Shown: positions 13,055 through 27,315, counted from the stretch's first letter. The stretch is 64,000 nt of DNA from Eledone cirrhosa (GCA_964016885.1 OZ024749.1:56358001-56422000); one strand, 5' to 3'. The notes: a model not told the origin generated them from the letters alone. Translations and numbers: made by a program.

Positions 13055-13138
13055 CAATACCAGTCTATATTGATGAACAAGTGTCTGTCTGAAATATTTT
13101 GTTATTCTGTGATCATCAATTAAACATATTCCCACTTG

Positions 13139-13192
<54 letters not shown>

Positions 13193-13193
<1 letters not shown>

Positions 13194-13394
13194 CGAAGGA
13201 AATGTGGTAAGGAACCAGGTGGACCATAACGCACCAAAGTACTCAATACTTGAGGTAGTAGAGTGGGTAATAGGAACCAGTAAGACCCCGACAGCTGAGC
13301 TCAAGCCGTTTCGACGGCTAATTCTGGACTGATTTAACCGTCCAGAATTAGCCGTCGAAACGGCTTGAGCTCAGCTGTCGGGGTCTTACTGGTT

Positions 13395-13399
<5 letters not shown>
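13193..13399 (-). mobile_element. Family P element between two (TA)n tracts with a perfect 60-bp fold-back (13270-13329 / 13340-13399)
   Basis: Arms are exact reverse complements with a 10-nt loop. Each arm carries GAAAC-GGCT-tgagctc-AGCT-GTC, the 3' half of a hammerhead. Confidence 0.75.
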
Positions 13400-13462
<63 letters not shown>

Positions 13463-13465
13463 TTT

Positions 13466-13854
13466 GAAGACCCGCCTTACCTAAGTACAAAGTGAAACCT
13501 ACTACAGTCAGTAGGCACCTCTAACAAAATACACCCCCGTCCCACTACCCCCACCCCATCCACACCACCCCTTTCAATGTAAAGTTATGTTGGTACCACA
13601 ACATCCAGTCCGAAACAAATGAGGTCGTGTAGGTGTCATGACAAAAAAAACACACAGTCCACGCTGTAATGTGGCCGTGTAGGTAACATGGTAAAAACCT
13701 CCCAGTCCACACTGTAAACGTGGTTCGTGTTAGGAAGGGCATCCAGCCGTAGAAAACCCGCCAGACAGTCCTACGCGAGCGAGACAACCACTCTTGCCTC
13801 AAGTGGGAAAACTCCTGTCCAAACCCATGCAAGCGTGGAAGATGGACGTTAAAC

Positions 13855-13882
<28 letters not shown>
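13466..13882 (+). mobile_element. About 400-bp interspersed repeat C ending in the SINE-B 3' module and (GAT)n; copies at 26672-27177 (+) and 50808-51222 (-)
   Basis: Near-identical aaacctactacagtcagtaggca..ttaggaagggcatccagc..ggacgttaaacgatgatg in three places. Confidence 0.8.
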
Positions 13883-13886
<4 letters not shown>

Positions 13887-14469
13887 GATTGACTGGCTTC
13901 ATTGTTGATAGATGTTTTGTATTGATTGAGCCAGTAATAATTTGTGGAATTTCCACCATCCAACCAACCAAACCACCAGCCAGCCAGCCCACCAGCCAGC
14001 CAGCCAGCCAACCAGCCAGCCCACCATCCAACCAGCTATCCAACCAACCAACCACCCTTCCAACCAACCATCCAACCAGCCAGCCATCCAACCAACCACC
14101 CAACCAACCATCCAACCAACCAACCACCCAACCAACCAACCAACCAACCACCCAACCAACCACCCAACCAACCACCCAACCAACCACCCAACCACCCAAC
14201 CAACCAGCCAACCACCCAGTCAGTCAAGCTGTTAGCTAGTAATGGTCTGATTATGTTTAACTTGGAAAAAAAGATATTACATTAGCAAATTCTATTTAAG
14301 GCTGTTTATGAAATCATCGACACCTCACATGTTTATCAGCGTCTAATGTTGAACAATCTAATTAACTATCTAAAGACTCGTAGGATATCATTACTGTAAT
14401 ATCAATTTGGTGGCAGCAGAATGGGGAAGAAAATTATAATATAGAGTACCAGACTAAACATGATCATGT

Positions 14470-14848
14470 CAGACCAGACCAGACCAGCCTGGACCAGACA
14501 AGACCAGACCAGACTGGACAAAACTGGACAACACCAGACTGGACAAAACCGGACCAGACTAGACACGACCAAACCAGACCAGACAAAGCCAGACAAAACC
14601 AGACCTGACCAGATCAGACAAAACCAAACAAGACCAGACCAGACCAGACAAAACCAGACCATACCAGACCAGACAAAACTAGACCAAACCAGACAAAACC
14701 AGACCAGACCAGACAAAACCAGACCAGACCAGACCAAACCAGACCAGACCAGACCAGACCAGACTAAACCAGACCAGACCAAACCAGACCAGACCAAACC
14801 AGACAAAACCAGACCAGACCAGACCAGACAAAACCAGATCAGACCAGA
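14470..14848. repeat. (CCAGA)n-type pentanucleotide array
   Basis: Direct inspection. Confidence 0.93.
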
Positions 14849-16451
14849 TGCTTTCCAGTATTGTGATTCAACTTGCTAAGGATGAGGGGTAGATTGAATT
14901 CATAGCTCAGTTTAACCTGTTTGATTACCAAAAATAACATAAAATTGCCCCTGGTTTTATGGTAATATGAAAAATACAGTTATATCTATCTGAAAATCCT
15001 CCCATAATAATTTTATTTAAGAACCTTTGTTGAGTTATGTTCCAAACACCTCCTACATAATAAAGAGAAAGTTCTTGATTATTTACAAAAATCAACATTA
15101 TCGCCACTGGCAGTGGTGGTGGTGATGATGATGATGGTAGTTTAGTAGTAGTAGTAGCATTAGTAGTTGTAGCAGCAGTAGCAGTATTCTAGAAGAAGAT
15201 GTTTACAATATAAATATTTACATTTTATATATGTTGCCCCCACCAACACTACTACTCCCACCACGAACATCACCATCATCATCACCACCACCAATACAGT
15301 TAGAGATAATGTCTAACATATTTCAATGTAAACTTGTAAATATTTTGAAAATTTTACAAGTGATATTTTCGTGATATCTCATTTTATCTCATTTTATCTC
15401 ATTTTATTTTATTTTATTTTTTTTTTATTTTATTTTATTCTATTTTAATTCTTACAGAGTATTCTGTGTTCCGATTATAACAAAAGATTTGAGATTATCA
15501 GGTTTTTGGAGAGGTCGTTTTTTTGGTGTTTTTGTGAAAATTTTAATTTTTATATTTTCATCATTTACATATTATTATTATTGTTATTATTATTGTTATT
15601 ATTTTTTTTTTTTAAAGATTTTTTCATGATTCTCTAAAATTATATCATTCCATATAAAAGAAAAAGAACGAGAACGAAAAAATCTGTTTATTTACCTGTG
15701 TTGGTATATACAGGTGTATTAGACATTATGTATTATCTTCTAGCATGTGTAGTGTGTATATTGATATTATATGCAAGTATATATACATGTAGATATGATA
15801 CATCAAATAAAATCGTAATTGACAATATAAACAGAAATTGAACGTAGACATTATTATATGTAATCAGTAACGTAATCCATGACACATTAAAAAAAGACAA
15901 TATTATATATAAACTGCATTAGTGACAGAAAATTAGTATGTTTATTTAGGTGATCGCCACTCTCTCTTTCTATATATATGGTAGTTGAAGTGGTGGGGGT
16001 GGCAACGATATACCGGAAGTGCAACTTTGAAAAGAAGTCAATTTTAAATTATTTATTTTTCCGAAATTATTTTTGTTTACAAAATTTAGTAGATAAATTA
16101 TGTAATATTCATTCATTATTTATTCAAAGTAATCCAACTTATTTTACTAACGGGATAAAAAAAATAAACCGTACGCAGTCCCGCAGACCTTCCTTTATTA
16201 TAGTTTAGATAGTATTTAGCATTTGTGTAATAGAATGAAATTCTTTTCAACTATTATTTACACTGCATAGCTTAATAAATATAATAATCTATATTATAAT
16301 AAAAGTGCTGTCTTTCTGTTCGTCCGTCCCTCTGTCTGTCCATCACACTCTATATAAAGAGAGAGAGGGGATCACAAAGGAGGGATATGAACATAGAGAA
16401 AGAGAGAAATAATATCAAAATTTCATAGATTCAATATTATGTGAGATAATT

Positions 16452-16634
16452 ATTGTTTCTACTATTGGCACAAGGCCAGCAATTACCCCAGTACATTACT
16501 GGTACTTTATTTTATCGACCCTGTAAGGATGAAAGGCAAAGTTAACCTCGGCAGGATTTGAACTCAGACCGTAAAGAGCCATAACTATGCTGCAAAGCAT
16601 GGCGTCCAACCATCTACTGATACTGCCAATCCAC
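16452..16634 (-). mobile_element. SINE family A with a 12-bp TSD, inserted in a piggyBac-like MITE fragment (16407-16727)
   Basis: TSD tgagataattat at 16442-16453 and 16635-16646. The flanks match the MITE at 43353 and end aaaggg-TTAA. Confidence 0.8.
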
Positions 16635-16790
16635 TGAGATAATTATGCGAGATAATTATGCGAGGTAAAGCCTTTATCATGAAAATACAAAAGTATATAT
16701 AGAGTAATGGAAATGTTAAAGGGTTAAGTGTTATGAAATAAAATCAAATTGTGAATAAATATAAATAAAGTTGTTTTATTTTGTCCTTAC

Positions 16791-16963
16791 CGTTCCCAGT
16801 TGAACATTTTCACATTAAGTATAACAGCTCTGAAAATAAGCCCAGCTTGTAGTAGAATAGCTTCAGCATCTTGGATGTTGCCACAAAAGAGCGCCATCTC
16901 AGCTTTGCGAGCTTCTTTAATGGGTATATCTTTGATGAGGGCTATATACTGAAGTTTGTCAGC
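16791..16963 (-). CDS. IFT80: IFT80 internal coding exon D (173 bp, phase 0 to 2)
   Basis: Encodes ADKLQYIALIKDIPIKEARKAEMALFCGNIQDAEAILLQAGLIFRAVILNVKMFNWE(R), matching IFT80 DKVQYI...GNIQEAEIVLLQAGL...NWER. Acceptor tgtttcAG after a pyrimidine tract, donor CG|GTaagg. Confidence 0.96.
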
Positions 16964-17818
16964 CTGAAACAAAAAGAAGAAGAGGTGAGAAATGTTTTGT
17001 CATTAAAATGTAAATAATTATAATTACAAACAAGAGAAGAAATCCATGTCTTTTAGTGGCTGTCTAATGAAAACATATTTAATGGTGGGATATAAAGATG
17101 TGTGTGTGAAGGGTGGGGGGAGGAATGGAGAAGGGGTGTGAGAAGGGAGAGGGGATGAGAGAAAGAGAAGAGGAGAGAGAAAAAGAGCAAAAAGGTGAGA
17201 GAAAAAGAGAAAGGAGATGAAGTGAGAGAGAGGAGGTGAGAGGTAGAGAGAGAGAGAGGATGGGAGAGAGAGACTGGGAGGAGAAGAGAGAGAGAAAGTG
17301 ATAGAAAGAGAGAAAGAAAAGAGAGAAGAGAGGAGAAAGAGATAGAATGATTGGGAGAAGAGAGAGAAATAGAGTGAGAGAAAGAGAGGAGAGAGAGAGA
17401 AATAGAGGAAGAGAAAGAGAAAGAAAAAAAAGAGAGGTCATAAACTAAAAAAAAATCGTCATTTCATTAGTGAAACTTGGTAAAATCAAAACGACACATA
17501 ACTATTTTATTACCAATTTAGCAAACAACATTTCCTTAATACCAAATCATCTAAATGACATTTTCATTCAAATTAGCAAAACTACATCGTTTCTTTTTAT
17601 AGTGTAGGAGAGTCTCATAAAGGGGAAGTAATTCATTTGTCTATGATTGTTTACGGAGATTGTTGACTTAGGTTTGAGAGAGAAGTTTTGAGTGCAGAAT
17701 TTAATTAAATGATGCAATGTTTATTTCTATTAAATCCTTCACCAGATAAGAAAATCATATAAAGTCTTAATATGCCAAAAGATATTTATATTTATGTCAG
17801 ACAGTGCAGTTAACAGTG

Positions 17819-17860
<42 letters not shown>

Positions 17861-18022
17861 ATGTGTGTGTGTGTACATTTATATATATTATATATAAATA
17901 TATATATATATGTACATTTATATATATTATATATACATATATATATATATGTATATATATTATTTCTGGCAATATTACAACAATATGACCCTCCCCAAGT
18001 ATAACAATATATATATATAGAG

Positions 18023-18095
<73 letters not shown>

Positions 18096-18829
18096 CACAC
18101 ACATACATATATATACATGAGAGAGAGAGAGAGAGAGAGATCATTATAAGAGTACAACATAGATTGCTATTTTGAAAACTATAGATTACAAAGACACAAG
18201 ACAGAAGACTATTTCAAAACTGTTCAACAAGTAGAATCCAAAGATTTGAAATATCATAGTATTTATTTGTCTGTATAGAGCTAGTAAGCCATGACAGTCT
18301 AGGGATAGTATCTAGTACTTCTTACAGTTGAGAAACAAAAAACAAGATATAGAGAGATAAATGAATATAAAAGTAAATAATTAAAATAAAATTTGTATAA
18401 AAATTTTTTTTAAATGTTCAACAACCTATTAGGTCTATAATTCAAGTAGATCCATAGCAGGATTTGAACTCAGAAGGCAAAGAATGAGAACAAACAGCAC
18501 ATGACATCCTATTTGACACTCTACAGACTCTTCCTGACCACCACTCTAGGCTGATACTTTAATTAGAGACCATAGAAAGATGAAAGACAAAGTTGAACTG
18601 AGAGGAATTTGAAGTCAAGACACAAGGAGCTGGAAAAAACACAGACAAACAAACAAGCCATTTAATCTAACTCTCTACAACACATCTGTCAATTAGCTGT
18701 CGTAGAAACCTCATATCAAATGAACTTATTGAACTCTCTTGTTGACAAATTACAGCAGATAAAGACTGTCACCAGTTTACACAGATTCTAGATCTCATGA
18801 CGAAAAATATTATGGTGAAAAGCTGACTG

Positions 18830-19305
18830 TTGCGGATTATGATCTTCCCATTCCACAGTGGCAAGCCCTTCAGTTGCTCATGTGATAAAATAGTGCATTC
18901 TGCAGTGGTAAGCTCTTTGACTAGGAGGCAACGTACTGTGACAGTTGCACATGTGATAACCTAGTGCATTCTGCAGTGGTAGGCTCTTTGACTAGGAGGC
19001 AACATGCTGTGACAGTTGCTCATGTGATAACCTAGTGCATTCTGCAGTGGTAGGCTCTTTGACTAGGAGGCAACATGCTGTGACAGTTGCTCATGTGATA
19101 ACCTAGTGCATTCTGCAGTGGTAGGCTCTTTGACTAGGAGGCAACATGCTGTGACAGTTACTCGTGTGATAACCTAGTGCATTCTGCAGAGGCAAGCCCC
19201 TCATTCAATTAGTGTTGGTGTGAGATTTGCTCCAGTGACAACCTGGTGCATTTGATGACAAATCCAGGCTTCTTTGCCCAACACAATGAAAATCACAAAC
19301 TGCTA
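18830..19305 (+). mobile_element. CRE-like LINE restriction-like endonuclease relic containing a 71-bp minisatellite (about 4.5 copies, 18871-19188)
   Basis: Flanks translate IMIFPFHSGKPF and FCRGKPLI..SSDNLVHLMTNPG, homologous to the relic at 23030. Unit gttgctcatgtgataacctagtgcattctgcagtggtaggctctttgactaggaggcaacatgctgtgaca. Confidence 0.65.
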
Positions 19306-19346
19306 TTTCGCATAATAAACAGAAAAATACAAAAAACAAGAACCAC

Positions 19347-19417
<71 letters not shown>

Positions 19418-20232
19418 CACCCACAAAAGACAGATAAAAACAAAAGACAAGGACCACACACACAAGCACAGACACATACAACCACAGACATGCACACAAG
19501 ACATTAGGTAAAAAGAAAAGACCAAAACCACACACACACACACACACACACACAGATATACAAACAGAGACATATCCATCCACACACACAGAGACATACT
19601 CAAACACAAGACACCCACAAAAGACATTAGTGAAAAATAAAAGTACAAGTATTGTGTAAGCTAGATCAAGACCCAGTGTAGTGTTGCTGTTGACACCTAA
19701 ACAAGCTACTAAGCAATTTTGAAGACTGCATGTCGAACCATAAAATATTCATAGGTGAGGAGAAGAATAAACAAAAAAATATCACAAAACCCAAAAAAAC
19801 ACCACAACAAAACAAAATAAAATAAACATCACAAAACACAAAAAACATACCAAAAAAATACACACCACAAAACAAGAAAAAAAATCACAAAACCCCCGAA
19901 AACACCACAAAACTAGAAGAAAAAAAATCACAAACCCTCCAAAACATCACAAAACTAGAAGAAAAGACAACAAAAAATGGAAGCAAAAAAGCGAGACCTT
20001 CTGTTGGAAATATAACTAAGTAGATTATATTGCTGAGAATCTTGACATTTCTTTCATATAATGAGAAAAGATTATAACCCTTAAAGACAGCTATGTCTCA
20101 CTAAGAAGATTCTGATCCAAATCTGCTAATGGCATCAACAGCATAGCCATATTATATTTTTAATACTGAGCGTTATAATAGATCTATCACTATGACATTA
20201 TTTCATTATATCACAGCAGAAATAACATATAC

Positions 20233-20265
<33 letters not shown>

Positions 20266-20979
20266 AATGATGATAATAATGATAAAACAAATATATATAT
20301 ATATATAAAATAAATTAATAAAATGAATTAATAAAACAAATATATATATAAAATAAATTAATAAAATAAATTAATAGAATAAATAAATAAAATATATTAA
20401 TAAAACAAATAAATTAATAAATCAAGAGGAAAACTAAACTATTACATTAAAAATAAAAAAAAAATACATTTAAAAAAAGAAAACGAAACGAAGAAAAAAA
20501 ATACAGAATTTCAGAAAATTCTAGATTTTAAAAGTTTGGAGTAAATTGCACACAGTGTGATGTAAATGGTTTTTAATTTTTTTTATTTAACTTTTATTTT
20601 TTTTATTATTTTTATTATTTTTAACGTTTATATAATTATATAACTTGAAATCAAATTTAACTTGGTAAACAACATCCAAGACGACGACATATTTTATTTT
20701 TTTCTCCTCTTCTTTCACTAGAATATCTCGGTGTATGTCCTTTGTGTCTCCAAACACATTGGTAAAAATTTACAGACTGCATTATATGTTCTTAATTAAA
20801 ACCAGTGGAAGATTTATAACAGAAATAGAAATACATGAAATTGACAACAACAAAAAACTACAAAACAAACAAAATAAAATAAAATAAAATAAAATAAAAA
20901 CACAGCAAAATAAATAAGCCTACAAACTTTAGGTTAATATCATTTTGTCTGTCTGTCTTTCTTTCAGTTACACTTGGTA

Positions 20980-21020
<41 letters not shown>

Positions 21021-22282
21021 TGCTCTCGCTCACTCTCTCTCGCTCTCTCTTGCTTTCTCTAATTATTATTATTCGGAGAAGTGCGTTGATGGGGGCTGGG
21101 GAAAGTTTTAAACATTTGGATCAATTGAAATTAAAAATAATAAATAATAAAAATGACGACAACAACAACACCACTAATAAAGAACTCAGCAGACAATAAT
21201 AATTTGAAGATGGATAAAGAGGATTTCAAGAGAGATTGAGATGTTGCTTTTTCAAGTAGGTTGGTTCCCTAAAAGGTTGCTTGGTTTGTTTCTCTTTGGT
21301 TTTTGGTTTGGTTTGGTTTTGGGGTTTGTTTTTAATGTGTTGTTTGTCTTTGTATTTGAAGCAGAGTTGAAATCACAGTGAACAACAACATAACATGCTG
21401 ATACTACTACTATTACTACTACTACTACTACTAATTCTTCTTCTTCTACCAATTGAAAGATCAAAGATAACTCTTATAACCACAGTCACACACCTACAAC
21501 CAACACAAAACTATCTCTGGCACCATCACTGATGTTGCTACTACTACTACTACTACTACTACTATGACAACAACCACCACCACCACCACTACTACTACTA
21601 CTCGTATTAGTAGTATTACTACTACTCATAATAATTATTTCTACTTTTGGTATAAGGCCAGCAATTATACCAGTGTATTACTGGTACTTTATTTTATCGA
21701 CCCCGTAAGGATGAAAGGCATAGTTAACCTTGGCAGGATTTGAACTCCGAATAATAACAATAATAACCACCACTGCTACTCCACTAAAGATGATTATAAA
21801 CAATCTTTACCTATTAATACCTGCCTTATTAATAAACACTCCCTTCTGCTCCTTCCCTACTCACAGCAAAAAAAAAAAGGAACAACAACAACAACACTTT
21901 CAAATGTAATTTTACACACATGTCCTCTATGGTCTATGTGTCTCTACATCTAGATTTAATGTCCGTTTTCTTCAAAAACATTTGAAGTACTACATGTAAC
22001 AAATAGAGGTTCTTTTTTTATTTTTAATAATAAATCTCTTTTAAATGACATTTTCTCATTTTGCTGATCTTAAATGAAGTATACTTGACAATTTCTCTAA
22101 GTTTTATCAAATATGTTTTAAATTTTAAACTTTTGTATATTCAGTAATAGAAAAATTTGTTTAAAGATTTCATATATTCAAGAGATTTACTTATAGAGAG
22201 AGATTTTTTTTAAATTTTAATTTTTCAAATTTCTGATTAAAACTCAACAAGGAATTTGCTTACTGACACTTCAGATAATCTG

Positions 22283-22378
22283 CAGCTTTGTGGTAACAGA
22301 AAGAGAGAGAGAGAGAGAGAGAGAGACCAGCTTTGTGGTGACAGAGAGAGAGAGATAGAGAGAGGCCAGCTTTGTGGT

Positions 22379-22420
<42 letters not shown>

Positions 22421-22481
22421 CCAGCTTTGTGGTGACAGAGAGAGAGAGAGAGAGATAGAGAGAGGCCAGCTTTGTGGTGAC

Positions 22482-22512
<31 letters not shown>

Positions 22513-22952
22513 GAGGCCAGCTTCGTGGTGACAGAGAGAGAGAGAGGCCAGCTTTGTGGTACAGTGAGAGAGAGAGAGAGAGACCAGCTTTGTGGTGACA
22601 GAGAGAGAGAGATAGAGAGAGGCCAGCTTTGTGGTGACAGAGAGAGAGAGAGAGAGAGAGATAGAGAGAGGCCAGATTCGTGGTGACAGAGAGAGAGAGA
22701 GGCCAGCTTTGTGGTACAGTGAGAGAGAGAGAGAGAGACCAGCTTTGTGGTGACAGAGAGAGAGAGATAGAGAGAGGCCAGCTTTGTGGTGACAGAGAGA
22801 GAGAGAGAGAGAGAGATAGAGAGAGGCCAGCTTCGTGGTGACAGAGAGAGAGAGAGGCCAGCTTTGTGGTACAGTGAGAGAGAGAGAGAGAGAGAGACCA
22901 GCTTTGTGGTGACAGAGAGAGAGAGATAGAGAGAGGCCAGCTTTGTGGTGAC

Positions 22953-22983
<31 letters not shown>

Positions 22984-23015
22984 GAGGCCAGCTTCGTGGT
23001 GACAGAGAGAGAGAC
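22283..23015. repeat. Compound minisatellite: ggccagctttgtggtgaca plus variable (GA)n
   Basis: About 20 units with higher-order periodicity. Confidence 0.9.
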
Positions 23016-23029
23016 ACTAGTATCCTAAA

Positions 23030-23285
23030 GCAGGCATGACTATCTTCTGATTCTGCAGAGGTAAACCTCTCATCTAGGATGCCACATGCAATGACACAAT
23101 CTCCAGTGGCAACCTGGTGCAGTCTGTGACTAACCCAGACTCTGCTGCACTTCAAGAAGAGGAAGGTAAACTCTCCAAGTATCAGTCGCTCTATGACAGG
23201 TTTGTGGTCCAGCCCGTAACAGTGGAGACTTCAGTTGTCCTTGGCCCTAGAGCCACATCCCTCCTCACCACCATTGGCACAGAGA
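23030..23285 (+). mobile_element. CRE-like non-LTR retrotransposon REL-endonuclease relic
   Basis: Translates GMTIF*FCRGKPLI*DATCNDT...KLSKYQSLYDRFVVQPVTVETSVVLGPRA, matching the PDG.T..PW..G..L.WD.TC.DT...K..KY..L...F.P..VET.G..G pattern, with in-frame stops. Confidence 0.7.
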
Positions 23286-23376
23286 GGAATGATGACGGTG
23301 GTGATGAGGAGGAGGAGAAGGAGGAGGAGGGTGATGGTAATGATGATGTTAATGGCCATGATGATGATGGTGAATA

Positions 23377-23420
<44 letters not shown>

Positions 23421-25350
23421 AATGATGATAATGATGATGACATGATGAGGAGTAATACAAGCTTGAATAAATAAATATATATATATACACACACATTATA
23501 TATATATATATATATATAATTATTTTTATTTTCCATAGCTATTTCTTCTCCTGCGTACAACCTGAGCAAGACCATATGTAGCCATAAATATAAGCGCCAC
23601 TATAATCATCACATATGAAGAAAGTGATGTTCAACAAGTTGACTTAATAATCAAATAGACATACAGGTTTGTTTTATCAAATTAGTTGAAGTCATAGAAA
23701 TGAAATAATTATTTTTATATTTGCTTCTTCAGACCTGTTAAGATTGACCAAAATCTATCGACAAATATCTTTTAATTTAATGCTGTCTCAGCTGAAATGT
23801 TATATCAAAGCATTTTATTACATTAAATATAGATTTTATATTGCCAGACTGATGTCTGTTGCTGCTACGCTATAATTTTCAAAATAAATATGTCTAGTTT
23901 TTGTTCTTAATTTTTAGTTCTTTTTGGTATTTTTTTTTTTTGGTTTGTTTCTATCTTCTCCCCCCCCCCCCCCCCCCCGATACTCTTTCTTTCCTTCTTT
24001 CTTTTCTATTTTTTTTTTTTTTGTTCTTAGCGAATAAATTGAGCATACTTGCAATACTTTCAAATAAGAACTCATCTCAAGTATTAAAAGTTTAGATAGA
24101 ATACTAACAGCTAAGGTAAACGGTTGTTAGTAATAAACACAAGGAGAGGATATAGTCTCTCAAACTGGTTTATCAGGGAGGAATCTTATATGAACAATAT
24201 AGAATATAGAACAGAGTGAAAAGAACTATATTATTGGAGATCAGTGAGTTGTGTGAGAGAGTGTATGTGGAGAGAGTCAGAGAGGGGGGGGGGGACAAAG
24301 AGAAGATTAGCAGTATTTCAGCTGTGAGTGTGTGTGGAGACAGAGAAAGGCAGAGAGAGAGATAGACAGGGAAAGGTAGAGAGATATAGAGAGATAGAGA
24401 CAGTGAGGCAGAGAGAGAGAAGCAGAGACAAACAGATAGACAGAAAGAGTCAGAGAGAGAGGTGGTTGGAAAGGCCAGGATTAGCATTATTTCAGCTGTG
24501 TATGAGGAGAGAGAAAGGCAGAGAGAGAGACAGACAGAAACAGTGACAGAGAGAAAGAGGTGGTTGGAAGGTCGAGGATTAGTAGTATTAATACAATGAG
24601 AAAGAACCATTCTTCATGTAATGGTAAGTGACATAATAAGCTGCTGCTGAAGGAATTTCAGTTTGGTATTCTTTAAAAAGCAAACTCAATCATTGAAAAG
24701 GATTACGAAGGTCGAATAATCTGGCTGGAAAGCCCCCTTTCATGTTTCGTAATTGATTCTGTAAAAGTCCAATAGTTGAATCTATCACAGAACACCATGT
24801 AGATATCATAGCGAACGGTGTACTTTGTAGTTGCACGTTTTATTGATCTCAAGCAAAAGGAATCCGTTACATTAACCTAATGACAGTTAGTATACAATAC
24901 ACTCCGAGCAGGTATGACTTTGAAAGATAACTAACATACAACAACAACAACAGCAATAGCAACAACAGCTAGGGTCGTTTACTACATACATATATATTGT
25001 TATCGTTACATATAGAATTATTACTATAACTTTCACCACTTCACTATATCTTACCATTCCATTTAGGTTTAGGCAGTAATTGACATTTCTCTCTCATATA
25101 TATATATACACACACAATGTTTCTAACTTTACAGTAATTAAACTACAATTCTATAAAGTTCTTAAGGAGTGGCAACTCTTAATGTCCTGTACCACACGAA
25201 ACCACATTAACAAGACATTCTTGAAAAGTACAAAACAACACTATGACTGCATCACATTAACTCTTAAAGTCATATACTACAAGAAACCAGAGTAGCAAGA
25301 CATTCTTGAAAAGTACAAAACAACATCAAACTAAAGTCATTAATTTAATA

Positions 25351-25728
25351 GAGGTTAACTTTGCCTTTCATCCTTACGGGGTCGATAAAATAAAGTACCA
25401 GTAATGCACTGGTAATTGCTGGCCTTGTGCCTAAAGTAGAAACAATTAATTTAATAGTATAAATTTTCACAAGACCCATAACAATAACAATAATAATAAT
25501 TTGTTTCTACTATAGGCACAAGGTCAACAATTTTGGGGGAGAGGGGAAAATCGATTAAATCAATCCCAGTGCAATTCTGGTACTTTATTTTTTTGACCCC
25601 ATAAGGATGAGAGGCAAATTGAACCTAGGTGGAATTTGAACTCAGAATGTAAAGGAACATATCTATATGCAGCATGAAATTAATAATTGTTTCTACTTTA
25701 GGCACAAGGCCAGCAATTACCCAGTGCA
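25351..25728. mobile_element. Cluster of three SINE family A fragments (+, -, -)
   Basis: Family A motifs at about 25351-25449 (+), 25495-25660 (-) and 25681-25728 (-). Confidence 0.75.
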
Positions 25729-26085
25729 TGAAATTAATAATGAAATACTTTTAGCAAATCCCACCAAATTTTTAAAGAATTGATTCCAATTCAAATACAC
25801 AGAGTTTCTATTAGAAATATTGCCATTCAAGTGATAATGTGCTTGGATTGGAGATAATGAAAGTTACAGAGAGACAAGGAATTTGAACCTGCAATCTTTC
25901 TGTTACTAAACACTCTACAAACATCTACAGCAACTGATTAAACGAAATACTTCAATATACAGTTAATGATAGAAGAGTTTCTAACAATATATATATACTC
26001 GTTCCTATTACCCACTCTACTACCCTAAGTATTGAGTACTTTGGTGCGTTATGGTCCACCTGGTTCCTTACCACATTTCCTTCGT

Positions 26086-26086
<1 letters not shown>

Positions 26087-26120
<34 letters not shown>

Positions 26121-26125
26121 GTATG

Positions 26126-26160
<35 letters not shown>

Positions 26161-26180
26161 GTATATATTTATATATGTAT

Positions 26181-26212
<32 letters not shown>

Positions 26213-26241
26213 GTATATATATGTATATATATATGTATATA

Positions 26242-26282
<41 letters not shown>

Positions 26283-26283
26283 G

Positions 26284-26330
<47 letters not shown>

Positions 26331-26373
26331 GTATATATATATGTATATATATATATATATGTATATATATATG

Positions 26374-26454
<81 letters not shown>

Positions 26455-26492
26455 ATATATGTATATATATGTATATATATATATATATGTAT

Positions 26493-26524
<32 letters not shown>

Positions 26525-26553
26525 GTATATATATGTATATATATATGTATATA

Positions 26554-26606
<53 letters not shown>

Positions 26607-26607
26607 G

Positions 26608-26638
<31 letters not shown>

Positions 26639-26671
26639 GTAAAATATATGTATATATATATATATATATAT
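26087..26671. repeat. Long (TA)n/(TATG) array; similar arrays at 27177-27570, 32640-33004 and 46268-46926
   Basis: Direct inspection; source of the YI-repeat ORFs. Confidence 0.97.
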
Positions 26672-27182
26672 GTAAAAACCTACTACAGTCAGTAGGCATC
26701 TCTATCAAAACACACCCCCGTCCCACCACCTCCACCCCACCCACACCGCCCCTTTCAATGTAAAGTTATGTTGGTCCCACAACATCCAGGCCGAAACAAA
26801 TGAGATCGTGTAGGTGTCACGACAAAAAACACACAGTCCACGCTGTAAATGTGGCCGTGTAGGCAACACGGTAAAAACCTCCCAGCCCCACACTGTAAAT
26901 GTGGTTGATGTTAGGAAGGGCATCCAGCTGTAGAAAACCCGCCAGACAGTCCACGCTGTAATGTGGCCGTGTAGGCAACACGGTAAAAACCTCCCAGACC
27001 CACACTGTAAATGTGCTTGGTGTTAGGAAGGGCATCCAACTGTAGAAAACCTGCCAGACAGTCCTATGCGAGCAAGACAATCACTCTTGCCTCAAGTGGG
27101 AAAACCCCCATCCAAACCCATGCAAGCGTGGAACACGGACGTTAAACGATGATGATGATGATGATGATGATGATGATATATG

Positions 27183-27315
<133 letters not shown>

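Noticed and set aside
12140-13135. Long poly-V/T/S ORFs, and all YI-, CV-, RE-, H- and WYG-rich ORFs in the track
   Set aside because: They are translations of microsatellites that lack stop codons, with no splice or homology support.
16285-16385. Helitron-like 5' end (tctatattataa..(ctgt)n), with similar inverted pieces at about 1450-1535 and 1605-1695
   Set aside because: No matching 3' hairpin or CTAG end was identified, so the evidence is too weak to annotate.
22283-23015. CRISPR-like constant repeat with variable spacers (also the arrays at 954, 4435, 18871 and 29054)
   Set aside because: The spacers are only (GA)n or absent, the context is a eukaryotic intron, and there are no cas genes.
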